Assembly (NCBI GenBank): GCA_019057475.1
Contig: DXJO01000039.1
Span: forward strand, 1 to 64,000
Direction of reading: 5' to 3'
DNA: 64,000 bases
Origin: Candidatus Thorarchaeota archaeon
Lineage (GTDB): Archaea > Asgardarchaeota > Thorarchaeia > Thorarchaeales > Thorarchaeaceae
Part shown: positions 10,630-20,482 of the stretch, piece after piece
Position numbering within the stretch: the first letter of the stretch is position 1
Layout: each line of letters starts with the position of its first letter
Made by a program: the position numbers and the translations under genes
The notes under the pieces: generated by a model
Database searches by the model: none
What the model saw: only the letters and a program-made list of their open reading frames with translations
What the model was told of the DNA's origin: nothing

Positions 10630-11009
10630 CCGTCAATGCGATTGACGGGCAAAGTGACAAAGAGCCAGCCATCATTCGATGTCACTCGCTGGGCTTCTGC
10701 CAAGGTGTCCTTGAGCGACAGAACATGTTTCAGGACCGACTCGAGCACAACTGAGGCGAAGATACGATTCCCGAAAGGCAGATTCTCCCCTAGTGCTCGA
10801 ACATCAACGTGCCTTCTAGGGAATGGATCTACTGACACCGTTCTACCCTTGCTGACTCCCGCACCCAAGTCCATAGAGGGGGAAGGAATGTCGCCCACAA
10901 ACCGGTTCCATCGGTCACTCATCTTGGACCAAAGTGCTCTCTGTTCAGGTGTTACTCTGGTTGGATGACCCCATGCTTCAAGGCCATCCTCGGTTGTGGT
11001 CGATATCAT
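10610..11009 (-). pseudogene. 3'-truncated paralogue of the methyltransferase at 8710-9309
   Basis: Shares WGHP..VT.EQR, IPSPS.D.GA, SVDPFPR, LESVLKHV and D.HRHS; homology stops where the ORF runs antisense into the GT4 3' end. Confidence 0.8.
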
Positions 11010-11096
11010 TTGTAGTCAACTTGATAGATGTACAGACTCACAAAAGAATCCAGCGGGAAGAGTTCATCAATTAATTGGAGTAGGCTCAACGAAACA

Positions 11097-12803
11097 ATGA
11101 CAGAGCCTATGGAAGCAGCTGTGCTTAGAGATAGTGTCAGCAGAAACGTACTGATGGAATCATTGTCACGCGTAATGACCTACATTGGTGGCATTGTTTC
11201 CTCGGCAGTCTTATACAGGGCCATTTCTGAATCCAGCTCCAGCCTATGAAAAGAAACAGACTATGCACACCTGAGAGTTCTAATGAGCTGGCACCAGATT
11301 CTGTTAGTCGTCGTACTAGTTGGGATCACAACCTCTGTTGTCAAGAACGTTTCACAGAGTGCTCAGGATCGTCAAGGGATTGGCACAATCATCGCAGTTT
11401 CCTTGACCGTCGTTACAGTGATGTTTCTCGTGGCTGTGTTTGTCACTCTGGGATTTGCTGAGCCCCTGGGTTTCTTGGTTGGCGACACCCCAGAAATCAT
11501 CGAGCAGCTAAGGCTCTTATGGTTCGTAGTTCTGCTGCCCACTGCGTACATGCGGATTATCAAGTCTGGTTTCGCAGGACTACAACGCATGAGCCGAACT
11601 CTGATAGTGGATATCTTTTACAACGGCATACGGATAGTGATTCTGCTATATCTGTTCTTCACGCTCTCTGTTTCCATAGTCAATGTTTTGTATATGTACC
11701 TATTCGCCTCTGTGTTGGCTTGCATTGCCATCTTCCTAGTCCTGCTCAGGGAAACTAGGCGTGAAGGAATCAAGCTAGGCTTCAAAGGATGGAAGCAGAA
11801 GTCCGGGCCACTTCTGAAGCTTGCTTCAGTTTTCCTTATCCTGGCGCTGATTTCCGCGTTCTTCAACAGTGCAACAACTCTCTTCGTCGACTACCTCGGA
11901 TCTGACACTGATGTGGCAAGATTCTCAATAGCTCAGAACATCACCCTCACATTCAGATCATTCCTCTACGCGCCTTTTGCCGTCCTTTTGTCCAACCCAG
12001 CAGGGATTGCAGCTCAAGGGAACATCGAGAATGTGCGCAGGAGATTCGACGAGAGCAACAGAGTGATAATCCCTACGTTGATCTTTGCTTGCGTATCGCT
12101 TTTCTTCTTCGGAGAATCCGTTCTTGGAGCGATATATGGTTTGAGAGGCGTAGATGCGTCTGGCGGTACGACAGCGGCACAGTTCCTTGCGGCTTTGTCT
12201 ATAACCCTGCTAGTATACCCCATGACAGGCATCTACTCGAATGTACTGACCGCCCTAGGAAAACTGAAGGTCCTACTCCTAGTCGACATTTTTTCTGTAT
12301 TTCTCCAGACTGCGTGAATCATTCTGTTGCAGCCGCACTATGGTGTGATTGTAGTGGCGTTCTCTTGGGTGGTCACTCTCCCGGGTTCAGCAGTCTACCA
12401 TTTCTACTCCAAGACAAGATTTGGACTTCACATGAATAGAACCACGCTTATTCGAGGAGCATTAACCGCAATCATCCTCATTCCCCTAGCAAACGGGATG
12501 TATCTTGCTGCATCAATGATTTCGGATCTTCTTGGCATCATCCCGCTAATGACCTCCACGACAATTTACTCCGCATTCAGACTACTCTTTCTGATACCAC
12601 TCTGGTATATTTTCATCGCCATCAGTCTGGCTGTGGGTTTCATGGGACTTGAGGATGTAGAGAATCTGAAGAAGGTCCTCAAGAAGGTTCCACCAGCGTG
12701 GTGGGTTTCTAGGTATATGCTTGAGTGGCTCGGTCGCTTGGCTCGAAAGACTCCTTTAAGGCCAAGCCAGAACGGGAAGCGGGCCCCAGCAACACAAACG
12801 TGA
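11097..12803 (+). pseudogene. polysaccharide flippase (Wzx/MOP) paralogue with two in-frame TGA codons
   Basis: ORFs 11028-11249, 11283-12317 and 12327-12803 share one frame and are colinear with the intact flippase at 20483-22156; TGA at 11247-11249 and 12315-12317. Confidence 0.85.
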
Positions 12804-13118
12804 GGCTGAATCGTCAGCGAATCCTCCTAATATCAAACCCGTATGGCATTCACACTTCAAACTGGATTGATGGGCTGGTGAGTGAAGGTGCTGAAGTAAA
12901 TGTTCTCTTTGTTGATCGCTGGGCCAAACGGGCAGGAGCCCTTCGAGGCAGCCTTGATATCGACGCGGTCATGCTGCACACTCCCTCAGTATCGAGGCTT
13001 CTTGGCCATTCATTGACATAATTCCGAGCTATTGACATCGCTAGGGATATCAAGAGTCATACAATGATTCATCAGAGCTTGAGATATCATGGCCGTCAGG
13101 TTTCTAAACGCGCATCGG
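12800..13118 (+). pseudogene. GT4 paralogue, 5' part (in-frame TAA at 13019-13021; interrupted by the transposon)
   Basis: RILLISNPYGIHTSNWIDGL aligns with RILLISHPHSVHTENWVEGL of 9430-10629; homology continues past the TAA to HQSLRYHGRQVSKRAS. Confidence 0.85.
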
Positions 13119-14099
13119 GGCCCTATAAAATAATACACGAACTTAGAGGCGAATTGATCACGTCACATGATTCATGAACTACCAAGCATCATACGATGCG
13201 GCCAAAGCTCGCCGCTATCACTTCCTGCTTGAAGATCGTATGAAACTTTGCAATACTGTTCCTGATGTCAGATCCAGACACGGTAGACCTGTCAAGTTCC
13301 CTCTTCCCACTCTCTTTGTCCTTCTCGGACTCAAGTTCGACTCAGCTCTCAGTTATCGTGACTTTGTCTCCTCTGTCAACTTCAATCCCTACATCCTTGA
13401 ACGACTTGGTATCGACCACGCTCCCAGTCACACTCTACTCCACTCAGCTCTGAAACGACTGAACACACGACTCCTTCATCAGATGTACGAGATTGTTGCA
13501 CGTAGACTACCACCTCCGAAGAACATTGCTGTGGACTCCTCCGGGTTCTCTCACTCCACAGGGGGCGAGTGGGTGGCTGCGCGGTTCAAGAAGACCCGGA
13601 AACGTCGTTTCCATGAACTACACAACGCCGTAGACACTGACACTCTGATGATCAATGCGTCCTATGTCAGGCCTCGACCGGGGGGTGATGCAAAACACAT
13701 GATAGCTCTGGTGAGAAGAATGCCGCGCTCAGAACTAGAGCTGGTCCTTGGTGACAAGGCATACATCTCAAGGAGGAATGTCCAGTTCATTGCAGATGTT
13801 GGTGCATATCCGGCAATTGAGCCGAAGAGTAACTCGAGTGTCAGGTCAAAGGGTCGCCAAACATATGGTGAATTGATCAGGGAGTACAGGTCGGACCCTA
13901 AGAAGTGGAAGGAGGTTCATCAGTATGGAAAGATGAGCCTTGTCGAAACAGTGTTCAGCATGATGAAGTTGAGGTTCGGAGGAGCACTGAGTTCAAAAGG
14001 ACAGAGAGAGAGGAGAGTTGTTGATCAAGGTAGTCCTTCACAACATAAACCGATTCAACTATCTGGAGTATGCTGGGAGGTGATTTATTTTACAGGGCC
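13119..14099 (+). mobile_element. IS5-family insertion sequence (IS903 group), 981 bp
   Basis: 15-bp IRs GGCCCTATAAAATAA / TTATTTTACAGGGCC; DDE transposase inside. Confidence 0.9.
13174..14083 (+). pseudogene. IS5-family DDE transposase, frameshifted near the C-terminus
   Basis: AVDSSG, LHNAVD, GDKAY, SLVETVFS..K motifs; the expected tail ELLIKVVLHN...GR* lies in another frame after the (AG)n run at ~14003-14012 and ends just before the right IR. Confidence 0.8.
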
Positions 14100-14145
14100 G
14101 ACGGAGAGCCAAGCCTTGAATACGGATTTGAGCAATCAGTGTATT

Positions 14146-15144
14146 TCATAAGTTCTGTGTTTCATTACCCCAATCTCCGTGGGATGGTCCAGATGGAATC
14201 CATTTTGTGATGAAGTAGTTGTCAAGATATAGGTCGTGTCCTGATTCCCACCGCCCAAATGCACAGACTGCACTGATACTTGAAACTGAACCACCACGAC
14301 CATCTTTCAGAGGGTAGCCTATGTTCACTCCATTGGACTGATAGTATATCCTGTTGCCGCTCAGGTCAAAACCGATATCTGCACTCCACCATGTATTCGC
14401 AGAAATGTACTCCCACATAGTATAGACGGAACCATTAAAGTGTCTAAGAGCATAGTATTTGATAGCTCCACCATAGATCAATAACCCTGCCTTGTTTCGG
14501 CCCATCACAGGATAGCCGCCGGGTCTAGGATTGGTTGCATAACACTGGGTGTGTATCATGAAGATAGAGGTCAATGTCAGGTCCTTTTGCAGATTACCTT
14601 GACCATCTGAACCCAGGTCTCTTATCGCACTTCCTGAATAGGCTATACTATCTTGAAGTGCCCAGCCTGTTGATATGTCCCATTTATCTAGATTTCCGTT
14701 CTCAAAATCATCGAAGAAAATGAATGTTGCATCACCATCACTCTCATCTTGTATCTGATCATTGCCATAATAGATGTAGAATGTCTTGCCATTTGGAATA
14801 GGGTCTAGTAGCTCTACCCAGAAACGCGCCAGATTGCCTTCAACATACGACTCCCGCCAATAGATTAGAGGAAGATCATCGTCATATGCAAATCGTACAT
14901 CGTCAAAGCCTATTTGGCAGTGTTCATTAAGATAGATAGCGTTACCAGAGTCAGAACCCGAACCATAATAAGTAATAAAACTCAGTTGATATTCTTCAGG
15001 AATAGTTCCTCCGAGGTGGTGTGATTTCCTATAGTTGAACATATCAACTGTTATCTGAGAGAGGATAGTATCTTGTTTCTGGTTTGGTAGAATTAAGTTC
15101 CCAGAATCAATCCCATCCGTCCCAGCGAGCTGTATTCCATTCAT
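14146..15144 (-). CDS. DUF2341-domain protein (transposon cargo)
   Basis: FDDVRF, L.YWRE, FWV, FYIYYGN, TFIFFDDFE motifs; AT-richer than flanks. Confidence 0.8.
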   Translation of the reverse strand: MNGIQLAGTDGIDSGNLILPNQKQDTILSQITVDMFNYRKSHHLGGTIPEEYQLSFITYYGSGSDSGNAIYLNEHCQIGFDDVRFAYDDDLPLIYWRESYVEGNLARFWVELLDPIPNGKTFYIYYGNDQIQDESDGDATFIFFDDFENGNLDKWDISTGWALQDSIAYSGSAIRDLGSDGQGNLQKDLTLTSIFMIHTQCYATNPRPGGYPVMGRNKAGLLIYGGAIKYYALRHFNGSVYTMWEYISANTWWSADIGFDLSGNRIYYQSNGVNIGYPLKDGRGGSVSSISAVCAFGRWESGHDLYLDNYFITKWIPSGPSHGDWGNETQNL

Positions 15145-15161
15145 ACAAAGTGGAATGGCAA

Positions 15162-16280
15162 CTACAAAAAGCTCAGTAGCTTAACTCTCAATCTTCTGCG
15201 TTTCAACCGTCGTCGCACAGTTATTTGAAGTACGTCCAGAGATAGAATCGATACAAAGGCAAGAAGCAGAACTAGAGAGCCATAGAACAGGTACCGACCA
15301 GCTGTGTTTAACATCTCCGAGAGCGAAGGCTCGGGATACTTGGTAAAGTTGGACCATCTCAAATGGTATGTGTAGAATAATGAATCGTTTGTTATGTCGT
15401 ACAGAATCTCAGTTAGTTTAACATGCACTCGATGATACTGTTCTGATGCTATCGCTTGGGGGTGGAGCTTGTAGTATGTCCAGTTCCTGGGGAGCTCGTA
15501 CTTGTGTAGATTGGCACGTGCTGATGCGATTCCCGTCTGAAATATATCTTGCACACGGCTCTGATTGAGAAGAAGATAGGATAGGAAGAGGTCCTCTAGG
15601 GCATACAAAAAACCATTTAGTATCAATGGAGTTACGAAACTGGAATCGATATCGGGAGCAACAATTACTTCTGGGTACCACACAGTGCCGTCATCCAGTA
15701 CAAGCCTGTTACCCCCCTGATATATCGGAATCTCAAAACCATTGATTATCCTGTCGGATATGCTTAAATAAGTGTCATTCTTGTAATAAGAGTAAGCGAG
15801 GGCGAAAACGTGCAGGATTTGAGCGTCTGCCATCGATGAGGTCCAACCCGCAGGGATGTTCCAGATGGAAAAATTATAGACCCACTGGCATACCTGCTTA
15901 GTTTCGTTATGAATTGCTACAGTCGCAGTCCTGCAGTTATTCATTAGCCAGCTAATCACATTCATTAGAAGAGGTTCAGCAGTTGCGTTTCCGCCGACCA
16001 TCTGAAAGTAATACTTCTCAGCTGCATCGCCGACGGCAAGAGGATTGATATGTGGGCCAACATAGACGCCTTTTTTGTAGCCGTAGTTAATGACTGGTAA
16101 TCCGCTCTCATCATAGTAGACAGTCGATATATCGTTTCTTAGAATCACTCCCGCGTATATCTCGTTTCGGAACACAAAGAAGACCGACATCACTACCAGA
16201 AGGATAAGAGTATAAACTCGTAATCTACTTCTTAGGAATCTTGCGGCTGTCATCAACTTCTGCCGGGGTTTTCTCCGCAA
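15162..16280 (-). CDS. membrane-anchored D-glucuronyl C5-epimerase C-terminal-domain protein (transposon cargo)
   Basis: W.SSMA.AQ, WYPE, ILNGFLYAL, WTYY, YHRVHVKL motifs; N- and C-terminal TM helices. Confidence 0.8.
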   Translation of the reverse strand: MRRKPRQKLMTAARFLRSRLRVYTLILLVVMSVFFVFRNEIYAGVILRNDISTVYYDESGLPVINYGYKKGVYVGPHINPLAVGDAAEKYYFQMVGGNATAEPLLMNVISWLMNNCRTATVAIHNETKQVCQWVYNFSIWNIPAGWTSSMADAQILHVFALAYSYYKNDTYLSISDRIINGFEIPIYQGGNRLVLDDGTVWYPEVIVAPDIDSSFVTPLILNGFLYALEDLFLSYLLLNQSRVQDIFQTGIASARANLHKYELPRNWTYYKLHPQAIASEQYHRVHVKLTEILYDITNDSLFYTYHLRWSNFTKYPEPSLSEMLNTAGRYLFYGSLVLLLAFVSILSLDVLQITVRRRLKRRRLRVKLLSFL

Positions 16281-16416
16281 TGATAATTACTCCTTCTTCT
16301 GTGCTATTTCGGAGCCGCCTCCCCACTGGATATACGATTCCAAGGTGGAAGCAAGTATCTCGCAGGAGCACGTCGGGTTCGCACCTGGTTGACTATATTA
16401 ATTCTTGGATGCACTA

Positions 16417-16559
16417 GGCCCTGTTGAATAATTCGAATGATATGAGGAAAAGGATTCGATTGCACAGCCAGTCATGTCGAATTATCAACACTATGAAATG
16501 AAAGGAATGTCGATTCAGATTATATTGAAAGGTTAGTGACAGCATTATTTTACAGAGCC
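16417..16559. mobile_element. 143-bp MITE (internal-deletion derivative of an IS903-group element)
   Basis: IRs GGCCCTGTTGAATAAT / ATTATTTTACAGAGCC; interior retains a transposase-start-like ATGTCGAATTATCAACACTATGAA. Confidence 0.8.
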
Positions 16560-16568
16560 GCCCATCAG

Positions 16569-17452
16569 AGAAAGGTTATCAACTCATCCATGCTCAATGA
16601 GTCGCTACTTCTGGCCTGCTTGCGGAAGCGTCCAGATTCCGTCCATACTCTGTATCCGCTTGGGGGTCAGATATCTATGTTGCTCCAGACAAGTTCCCGT
16701 ATCTAAGACCGCTGATAGCACGCTCACTCAAGGACGCCAGCTTTATACATGCTGAGAGCGCGATATCAAAGGACCGAATCATTGAACTCGCAAGCCAGAC
16801 TGAGAAGAGGTTCGTTGTCAGTACCTGGGGGGTTGACACCAAGTATCACTGCCCCGACCATCCCTTTGAGCATACTAGAAACGCGCTCTCAATCCCCAGC
16901 GGCAGAATCCTGCTCTCGATCAGGGCACTAGAACCCAATTACAGAGTGGATTCGATTCTCAGAGCATTTGCCGTCGTGAGCGAGGAGATTCAGGACGCAG
17001 TGCTTGTTGTAGCCAGTGATGGTTCACAGAGTGAAGACCTAGCTAGGCTGGCGGAGAAATTAGGAATAGCCGACCGTACTGGTTTCACGGGCTATATCGA
17101 AGACGATGACAAGCGGGCCTTGATGGCCAACTCGTACCTGTACGTCCAGTTTCCCATGTCCGATGGAGTGACGCGATCAATGATGGAAGCCATGAGCTCT
17201 GGTTTGCCTTTAGTATCTTCAAATGTTGGAGAAACGCCAGTCTTGGTCGAGAACGAAAGGAATGGTCTCCTGGTGGAGGGCTCCACGCCCAAATCTCTCG
17301 CAGAAGCTTTGCTGCCACTACTCAAGAACACAGAACTCAGAAACGACATGAGTCGAGAATCCAGAGAGATGGCTATGAAAGAGCACGAAAGATCCCAGTT
17401 CTTCAGGAAGTTCATGTCAACGGTGCAGGAGGTTGTAGATGCAAGCTCCTAG
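16569..17452 (+). pseudogene. GT4 paralogue, 3' part (in-frame TGA at 16598-16600)
   Basis: EKGYQLIHAQ*VATSGLLAEAS...SAWGSDIY...SDGVTRSMMEAMSSGLP, colinear with 9430-10629. Confidence 0.85.
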
Positions 17453-18600
17453 GATTCAAGTGCGTTTCTCAGCTCCCGGACAACCAGTGAAACATCATCA
17501 TTGCTGAGCTTCTGGTGAAGCGGAAGGGTGAGAACTCTTCGCCCCAGCTCATCTGCAACGGGCAGATGTACATCAGCATATCCAAGTTGCTGATAGTAGC
17601 TAAAGGTATGAATGGGAGTGTAGTGAATGCTCGTGCCAATTCCATGTTGGGCCATATGTTTCCTGACGCGAGGCCGCATGCTTTCAGGCAACAGGATGGG
17701 CAACACATGATGGCTGTGCCGCACGTAGGCGGGTATCTCTTGGAAGACAACTGGCAGATTCTCACATAGTTCGCTGTACAGAGTATAGACTTCGCGACGT
17801 CGTGAGTTGTGACGGTCAAGCTTCATCAGCTGGACCAGACCAAGTGCTGCACCGATTTCAGTCATCCTGTAGTTGTAGCCAAGCTCAACCATGTCATACA
17901 GTTGATCTCTTGACTCTTCATCGCGGTCATAATGTCGACTCCAAGTAGACTTCGTAAGTCCGTGTGATCTCATCAGTTTCAACCGTTCAGCAATCTCGCC
18001 ATCACTAGTCGCAACCGCTCCGCCCTCTCCGACAGAGAGGTTTTTATTTGAGAAGAAGCTGAATGCTGTCACGTCTGCCAGGGTACCCACATTCCTATCG
18101 CGATAGACTGCCCCAATGGCGTGGGCTGCGTCATCCATCACTACGAGACTATGCTTGGATGCGATCCTCTTGATCTCGTCCATCTCAGCAGGCAGGCCAG
18201 CAATATGGACTGGGACTATGGCCTTGGTTCGTTCAGTAATAGCAGATTCAATCAGCTTAGGATCCATGTTGAACGTCTTCGAATCGATATCTACGAAGAC
18301 AGGCCTTGCACCAGTGTAAAGGATCGCATTGGAAGTAGCAACGAAGGAGATGGGTGTCACGATCACCTCGTCGCCCGCACTGACTCCGAGTGAAAGCAAA
18401 CCGAGATGAAGTGCCGCCGTGCCACTGTTAACGGCAACTACATGCTCGACTCCCAAGTACTCGGATATCTTCAACTCGAATTTCTGTGTCCTGGGACCCA
18501 TGGTAAGCCATTCCGACCTGAGGACCGAGATGACTGCATCGATCTCCTCTTGGTCGTAGCTTAAATCCGAAACCATGATGGAACGGTCTTTGTGGTTCAT
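17449..18600 (-). CDS. DegT/DnrJ/EryC1/StrS PLP-dependent sugar aminotransferase
   Basis: NSGTAALH, DDAAHA, FSFFSNKNLSVGEGG, GYNYRM. Confidence 0.95.
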   Translation of the reverse strand: MNHKDRSIMVSDLSYDQEEIDAVISVLRSEWLTMGPRTQKFELKISEYLGVEHVVAVNSGTAALHLGLLSLGVSAGDEVIVTPISFVATSNAILYTGARPVFVDIDSKTFNMDPKLIESAITERTKAIVPVHIAGLPAEMDEIKRIASKHSLVVMDDAAHAIGAVYRDRNVGTLADVTAFSFFSNKNLSVGEGGAVATSDGEIAERLKLMRSHGLTKSTWSRHYDRDEESRDQLYDMVELGYNYRMTEIGAALGLVQLMKLDRHNSRRREVYTLYSELCENLPVVFQEIPAYVRHSHHVLPILLPESMRPRVRKHMAQHGIGTSIHYTPIHTFSYYQQLGYADVHLPVADELGRRVLTLPLHQKLSNDDVSLVVRELRNALES

Positions 18601-19316
18601 GCAAAGACCCCGTCAGCATCGCTTTCGAGACCATTCTCCATGTCGTTTATCGCCTTTAGGTAGTCATCCATCCGTCCAATGTCTCGCCAAGCCTCGGTGA
18701 ACTCATACCCTAAAACCTTCATCCCCTTACTAATGGCAGACTTCACCAATTCTGTCATATGGAAGCGGCTATCGTCTGGTATCAGGCTTAGCGTGTCAGG
18801 CGAAACAGCGTAGATTCCTGAGTTAATAAGAAAACTGAGAATTGGTTTCTCTTTAAGCTCTGTTATCCCAAAGTCAGGACCAACTTCCACCACACCATAG
18901 GCAATCTTACGATCGAACCTCTTCAGGGCAACGGTCAGGTCGGCACCCTGCTTCCTGTGAAACTGCAGAAGATCTTGGAAACGTATGCTTGTCAGCAGAT
19001 CTGCGTTCATCACAATAAAGGGTGAAGTCACACGACCTTTCAATTCAGATAAGGGTCCTGCTGTTCCTCTCGGAGTACGCTCTTCGAAGTACTCGATGTT
19101 GACTCCAAGGCTCTTTCCACTCCCGAAGTAGCTGCGTATCATCTCCGCTTTGTAATTGACCATAAGATAGAATGTTCGGAAATTCTGCTCTCTCATTCGT
19201 CCTATCGTCACCTCAAGGATTGGCTTGGACCCGAGAGGGAGCATCGGCTTGGGCACTGCATACGTGAGCGGCCGCAGCCGCGTTCCTTCCCCGCCGCAGA
19301 GTATCGACGCTTCCAT
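18597..19316 (-). CDS. sugar-1-phosphate nucleotidyltransferase
   Basis: LCGGEGTRLRPLT..VPKPML, GTAG, EKP, W.DIGR. Confidence 0.93.
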   Translation of the reverse strand: MEASILCGGEGTRLRPLTYAVPKPMLPLGSKPILEVTIGRMREQNFRTFYLMVNYKAEMIRSYFGSGKSLGVNIEYFEERTPRGTAGPLSELKGRVTSPFIVMNADLLTSIRFQDLLQFHRKQGADLTVALKRFDRKIAYGVVEVGPDFGITELKEKPILSFLINSGIYAVSPDTLSLIPDDSRFHMTELVKSAISKGMKVLGYEFTEAWRDIGRMDDYLKAINDMENGLESDADGVFA

Positions 19317-19325
19317 GTAATCCCC

Positions 19326-20324
19326 CTACATATAACCCTTAGAGGGCTTATAGAACGACAGGTAGTTCCCATACCAATGTACGGTTTCCTTCAGACCGTC
19401 CTCAAGAGCAATTTTAGGTGTCCATTTCAAGAGCTTTCTTGCCAGACTGATGTCTGCGCAAAGGCGATTGACCTCGCTCTTCGTTGGGCGTATGCGCGTA
19501 GCATCGAAGACAACCTTTGCATTGGTCTGGGTAACCGTTCGAATGGCGTTCACAAGCTCTTCTATACTCACTTCAATCCCGGTTCCGAAGTTCAGAGTCT
19601 TGCCAAAGAGTTTCTCAGCCTTAGTAGCAACTTCGATGAATGCTCTTACAGTGTCCTCGATATACATGAAATCCCGAGTGGGTCTGGTGTCCCCGAGAAG
19701 TATGGCCTTCTGACTTAGCGCTTGTGTAATGATTGTAGGTATAACAGCTCGAACAGACTGTCTTGGTCCATACGTGTTAAAGGGACGCACAGTCACGACT
19801 GGACTATCGAATGCCCTGAAGAAACTCTCTGCTACCTTATCAGCGGCAATCTTGCTCGCGGAATACGGCGATTGTGCCTTCAATGGATGACTTTCTGGTA
19901 TCGGCACCTGTTCCGCAGTGCCATACACTTCACTAGTTGAGGTATGGATCACAGCCTTTGTTCCAAGCTCCTGAGCAGCCTGAAGGATGTTGAGGATAAA
20001 GAACACGTTGTTCTCGAAATATTCCCTTGGATTCCTATACGAATACGGGATGGATATCACCGACGCAAGATGAAAGACGTAGTCTACATCCTGCATGGCG
20101 TTTTTGCAGGCATACGGGTCCTTTAGGTCACCCATCACTATCTCAAGATTCTCCGCCGAATCGTCAACATATCTCAGGTTTCCCAAGTGGCCGCTTGATG
20201 TATACCTCACAAAAGCTCTCACGTTGGCGCCCATCTTCAGGAGTTCCTCTACGAGATGACTCCCAATGAAGCCACCGGCACCGGTTACTAGAACAGAAGC
20301 TTTTTCCAGAGTCATGGTGGACAT
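19326..20324 (-). CDS. NAD-dependent NDP-sugar 4,6-dehydratase/epimerase (LegB-like)
   Basis: GAGGFIGSH, ISIPYSY, TSTSEVYG, YSASK, RPFNTYGPRQS.RAVIPTII. Confidence 0.93.
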   Translation of the reverse strand: MSTMTLEKASVLVTGAGGFIGSHLVEELLKMGANVRAFVRYTSSGHLGNLRYVDDSAENLEIVMGDLKDPYACKNAMQDVDYVFHLASVISIPYSYRNPREYFENNVFFILNILQAAQELGTKAVIHTSTSEVYGTAEQVPIPESHPLKAQSPYSASKIAADKVAESFFRAFDSPVVTVRPFNTYGPRQSVRAVIPTIITQALSQKAILLGDTRPTRDFMYIEDTVRAFIEVATKAEKLFGKTLNFGTGIEVSIEELVNAIRTVTQTNAKVVFDATRIRPTKSEVNRLCADISLARKLLKWTPKIALEDGLKETVHWYGNYLSFYKPSKGYM

Positions 20325-20482
20325 CCCAGCCCAGTTGGCGGATGCTAGGAGCAGACATAAATGATTCGGCGAGATTATAACCTGAAAATCCTGTGAATAC
20401 GAGACCGACCTTTTCTTCTACTCTCGTTTTCCTAGGTAGCAAGAAGGCTTTATTTGCAGAACACAAACCCCACATAGTATCC

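Larger units (their letters stand above)
13119..16559. mobile_element. composite transposon: IS5 (IS903 group) + 2 cargo genes + MITE
   Basis: Outer IRs GGCCCTATAAAATAA (13119) and TTATTTTACAGAGCC (ends 16559); degenerate 9-bp TSD gcgcatcgg (13110-13118) / gcccatcag (16560-16568); excision restores the GT4 frame. Confidence 0.85.

Noticed and set aside
11247-12317. Genome-wide UGA=Trp recoding or selenocysteine
   Set aside because: TGA is the evident stop of many intact genes here, TGG is used normally, the aligned residues are Trp rather than Cys, and neighbouring pseudogenes carry other stop types.
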